The notes beneath the pieces are model-generated. The model was given only the letters and a program-made list of their open reading frames with translations. It was not told the DNA's origin and ran no database searches. A DNA stretch of 64,000 bases. Source: Eledone cirrhosa. Its lineage: Eukaryota. Location of the stretch: assembly GCA_964016885.1 (NCBI GenBank), contig OZ024741.1, forward strand, positions 101,928,001 through 101,992,000, given 5' to 3'. The translations under genes were made by a program, and so were the position numbers. Positions 59,962 through 64,000 of this stretch are shown here, one piece after another (positions within the stretch are counted from its first letter, which is position 1; each line of letters opens with the position of its first letter).

Positions 59962-60065
59962 CATTATTATTTTACTTTATTTAATTTTTTTATTTATTTA
60001 TTTATTTTTTCTTTTTTTTTTCTCGTGCAATGGCCATACTCGATAACGAGGGGGCAGCAATCATG
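55780..60065 (+). mobile_element. Near-full-length RTE-clade (BovB-like) LINE
   Basis: 5'UTR, single APE-RT ORF, microsatellite-filled 3'UTR, stem-loop tail plus (TATG)n; (TATG)n also on the 5' side. Confidence 0.95.
56127..59671 (+). pseudogene. RTE ORF: APE endonuclease + RT + three C2H2 zinc fingers; two stops (56976, 57581) and one frameshift (about 57011)
   Basis: WNVRTL, ALSETR, LGDFNA, LDYVL; NYRGISLLS, QSGFR, FVDLTKAFD, GVKQG, LYADD, LRWSGHLARM. Confidence 0.95.
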
Positions 60066-60171
60066 TATGTATGTATGTATGTATGTATGTATGTATGTAT
60101 GTATGTATGTATGTATGTATGTATGTATATGTATGAATGTATGTATATATATATTTATATATATATATATT

Positions 60172-60277
<106 letters not shown>

Positions 60278-60469
60278 CCTCAAATATCTAATTATACGAG
60301 ATTTAACAGATTTCAAGATATCATAGATGGAAAGAGAATGGGGAGGTGAGATAGAAACTCCCACGATATATTTATTAATCTAATATGATAGCCGCAAGGG
60401 GGAGGGGTAGTAATAGTAGATACTGGTGAGATTATTCTTTTGTTTATATGATAAGAATATAGAAGATAA

Positions 60470-60606
60470 GAGATTTTCACATTGATGTATGTTATACATC
60501 TGTGTTGGGCTTACACTTACGGTTATATACCTCCATACACGCATGCAAGCACGCGCGCACACACACACACACACACCTATAGAGAGAGAAGTATAGACGA
60601 GTACGC

Positions 60607-60637
<31 letters not shown>

Positions 60638-60809
60638 CGAGTACGCGTACATATATATATATATATATATATATGTACGCGTACTCGTCTATACATCTCT
60701 CTCTATAGGTGTGTGTGTGCGCGCGCGTGCCTGCATGCGTGTATGGAGGTATATAACCGTAAGTGTAAGCCCAACACAGATGTATAACATACATCAATGT
60801 GAAAATCTC
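60470..60809. repeat. Long inverted repeat centred on (TA)n
   Basis: Near-identical arms of about 140 bp. Confidence 0.95.
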
Positions 60810-60979
60810 CAAATATTTGACTGCTGTTTCTTGTAAATAGACATTCGTCTCATTCTGACGTCACCAGCCATGTTTCTCCATGTGTGTTTATTTTCATAAT
60901 TCCACACGAGGTGAACTAGCCTGCTTTTAAATTCCCTTTCTGGCATATTTTGGCAGTGGAATTTTGGTTATCGTGTTGA

Positions 60980-61060
60980 GCTCTACTGAGGAACGATTTT
61001 AACCGTGACTAATCCCACTGAAAGGTTTCGTAAAATAGTCTTTTTAAGACTATATAGAGC
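60980..61060 (+). ncRNA. Hammerhead ribozyme relic (G12->A)
   Basis: gctcta CTGAGGA acga...tcgt AAAA tagtct tttta agacta TA tagagc. Confidence 0.65.
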
Positions 61061-61278
61061 ATAGAGCATTTGTAGTTTTTCCAAATTGAAGGATGAGAAT
61101 TTAAGCTTTATTTTATTCTGAGTTAAGACTCTATTCGTTTTTTACCTGGATTTCACAAAATCTGTGGATAAAATCTCTGTCTTGATTTTTTAAAAATTGA
61201 GTTTGAATTATTTTCCCATATCTTACGTTAATTATTTTCCATTTTGACGTTATAGTCACTTATATATTATGAAATACT

Positions 61279-61444
61279 TGTTTCTACTTTAGGCACAAGG
61301 CCAGCAATTACCCAGTGCATTACTGGTACTTTATTTTATCGACCCCGTAAGGATGAAAGGCAAAGTCAACCTCGGCGGGATTTGAACTCAGATCGTAAAG
61401 GGACGTATCTATGCTTGAAAGCATGGCGTCCGACCCTCTACCGA
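61279..61444 (-). mobile_element. tRNA-derived SINE with TSD tatgaaatact
   Basis: Consensus match. Confidence 0.9.
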
Positions 61445-61490
61445 TATGAAATACTGTTGGCTTCTTGCTCACATTAATTTCTCTATTTTC

Positions 61491-61581
<91 letters not shown>

Positions 61582-61624
61582 GGTGTGTTTATTTATATAT
61601 AAATTAAATGTAATATATATATAT

Positions 61625-61809
61625 AATTGTTTCTACTTTTGGCACAAGACCAGCAATTACTCCAGTGCATTACTGGTGCTTTATTTGATCGACCCCGTAA
61701 GGATGAAAGGCAAAGTTAACCTCAGCGGGATTTAAACTCAGAACGTAAAGGGCCATAACTCTATACTGAAAAGCATGGTGTCTGACGCTCTACCGATACT
61801 GCCAATCCA
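61625..61809 (-). mobile_element. tRNA-derived SINE
   Basis: Consensus match. Confidence 0.9.
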
Positions 61810-61861
61810 AATATAATATATATATATATAATATAATATATATATGTATGTGTGTAAAGAT

Positions 61862-61895
<34 letters not shown>

Positions 61896-62126
61896 CGTGC
61901 GCGTGTGTGTGTGTGTGCGTGCATGTGTGCGTGTGTATGTGTGTGTGTTTGCGTGCGTGTGCGTGTGTATGTGTGTGTGTTTGCGTGCGTGTGCGAGTGT
62001 CTGTATTGTGCAGTATGCTGTAGATGTGAGGTTCGATTCCAGCAGACGGTATTGTCACATTTTTCCCTGTCATACTTCTATGTTTATAAATGTAAATGTT
62101 TTAAGTTTATCATAAATATCTTTACC

Positions 62127-62175
62127 TTTTCTGATGATTTCACCACAGAATGAAACAGAACTAAACCTGTAGAAA
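62127..62175 (+). ncRNA. Type I hammerhead ribozyme
   Basis: tttt CTGATGA t ttc accaca gaa t GAAAC ag aactaaac ct GTA gaaa. Confidence 0.78.
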
Positions 62176-62869
62176 TCAATTACATTCTCTACTTCATGTA
62201 TTAAGTACCTTATTACAATTGTAATTTTCTTCTGTTCATTAACAGAATATGGTGGTCAGTCTACGCGCGCTCTCTCACACTGTTACATAAACGACACTTT
62301 ACAGAGAACAGCCCTTCAAGTACGTCATCACGAACTTCATATTCTCAGTTTTCAACACACACACACACACACTAACACGCAAACAGTATACCCAAGAAGT
62401 TTATCTTATGATTATTTAATGTATGAGTGCCATTTCCGTTGTATTGTAATGTCTGCGCCATTTTTATTTAACTTATTTATTTATTCTTGTCTCTGTCTCA
62501 TCTTTGCTCATGCGTTTGCGTACATGTTTTCTGTTTGGTGTGTGTGTTCGTGTAAATTAAATAAAAATGGCCTAGACATTACATTATAACGGGAGGAAAC
62601 ATAATAGTACCACTGATGATGTCAAAGATGTGTGACGAAAGAACTTTCATAGACTATATAATATATTTATATCTGTATTTTTAACCATTGGTCAATCAAT
62701 GATAAATATTGATTGCCAGATAAATTAACTATGGAGATATAAAAGATACAAAAACGAAAACCAATCCAAGCCAAACAGTGAGTGTGTTTTATTATTATTT
62801 CTGGCAATATTATAACAATATGACCCTCCCCAAGTATAACAATATTTGTTTCAACACGATTTCATATCA

Positions 62870-62934
<65 letters not shown>

Positions 62935-62940
<6 letters not shown>

Positions 62941-63089
62941 GTAATCTGAGTTTTTCGAATATTAATAATAACATTCGATTCGTTTGCAATTATGCAAACA
63001 AGCCTCAATTTTATAAAATTGAGGCTTGTTTGCATAATTACAAACGAATCGAATGTTATTAATATTCGAAAAACTCAGATTACATTTAT
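62935..63089. repeat. Spacerless palindrome, about 77-bp arms
   Basis: Centre 63013/63014; one substitution and one 3-bp indel between arms. Confidence 0.95.
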
Positions 63090-63118
63090 TGTATTCAGCC
63101 ATGTAGAGCGAAATTTTT

Positions 63119-63228
<110 letters not shown>

Positions 63229-63559
63229 GAGAGAAAGACTACCCAATTTTAAAATAGGGTGAAATATTGCATTTTATTGAAAACCGAAACATCAGAAATT
63301 CATACTCTGGGTTTCATGGTTTCAATCTTCATACGAACACTGAAACAAATTATATACTGAGAAGATGATTAAAGGGAATTAGAAACACCAATCAATCAGC
63401 CAAACACTACCGGTGCAGCCCTTACATTGAAATATAGACTGTGGTATCTATTTACATCTAGGTTGACTGGAATATTTTCATTACAGATTTTGAATTATAT
63501 TTTGGCCACAAAACAGTGCATGACATGTGAAGTGGTATGAATATGAAAATAACCGTAAA

Positions 63560-63718
63560 TGCCAGCAATTATCCCAGTGCATTACTGGTACTTTATTTTA
63601 TCGACCCCGTAAGGATGAAAGACAAAGTTAACCTCGGCGGGATTTGAACTCAGACCTTAAACAGCCGTAACTCTATGCTGCAAAGCATAGCGTCCGACCC
63701 TCTACCGATACTGCCAAT
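63560..63718 (-). mobile_element. tRNA-derived SINE
   Basis: Consensus match. Confidence 0.9.
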
Positions 63719-64000
63719 TGATCAGTGCAACACTCAACTAACTCCCTTATTTATTTCCAGATCCAACCCACTCCATTTAAAATAACTTGTGTGTGCGCGC
63801 GTATGTATTGGAATATCGTCGGTTTCGACAAGTGATCCAGTTATTCGATTATTGGAACAACCTGTTCGTGCAAGTGGATCGGCGTGTGGCATGTTGGCCC
63901 TTTGAATTACAGGTACATCTCATTTTTTTCCAGCTGAGTTGACTGGAGCAGCGTGCAGCTGTGAATTGAACTCACGACCTTATAACAGAGAGCTGAACAT

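Noticed and set aside
63295-63345. Minus-strand TGAAGA ttg..cat GAAAC..GTA motif
   Set aside because: Core 5' end is broken; possibly a relic, but weak.

Overview
AT-rich, microsatellite-laden metazoan DNA; the SINE families and repeat style suggest an octopus-like cephalopod (inference). I found no convincing host exon; the window is almost entirely mobile DNA. It holds at least six families of Penelope-like elements (PLE; RT plus C-terminal GIY-YIG), mostly next to (TA)n, including a near-intact copy at 6989-10220. There is a near-full-length RTE LINE with three C-terminal C2H2 fingers (55780-60065) and a 5'UTR+3'tail mini-derivative of it (15495-15852). Also present: R4/Dong-like RLE LINEs, CR1 and L1/Tx1 3' fragments, Helitron derivatives, a hAT MITE and many tRNA-derived SINEs. 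The most striking signal is about 15 type-I hammerhead ribozyme (HHR) motifs from roughly ten unrelated families. Several share non-canonical features: a U.U pair closing stem II, a U4->A core change kept in all copies of one family, and very long stem II. Other oddities are long fold-back palindromes beside (TA)n, 11-nt complementarity between the RTE 5'UTR and 3' tail, and a duplication whose breakpoint lies in a SINE. All structures were read by eye; boundaries are approximate.
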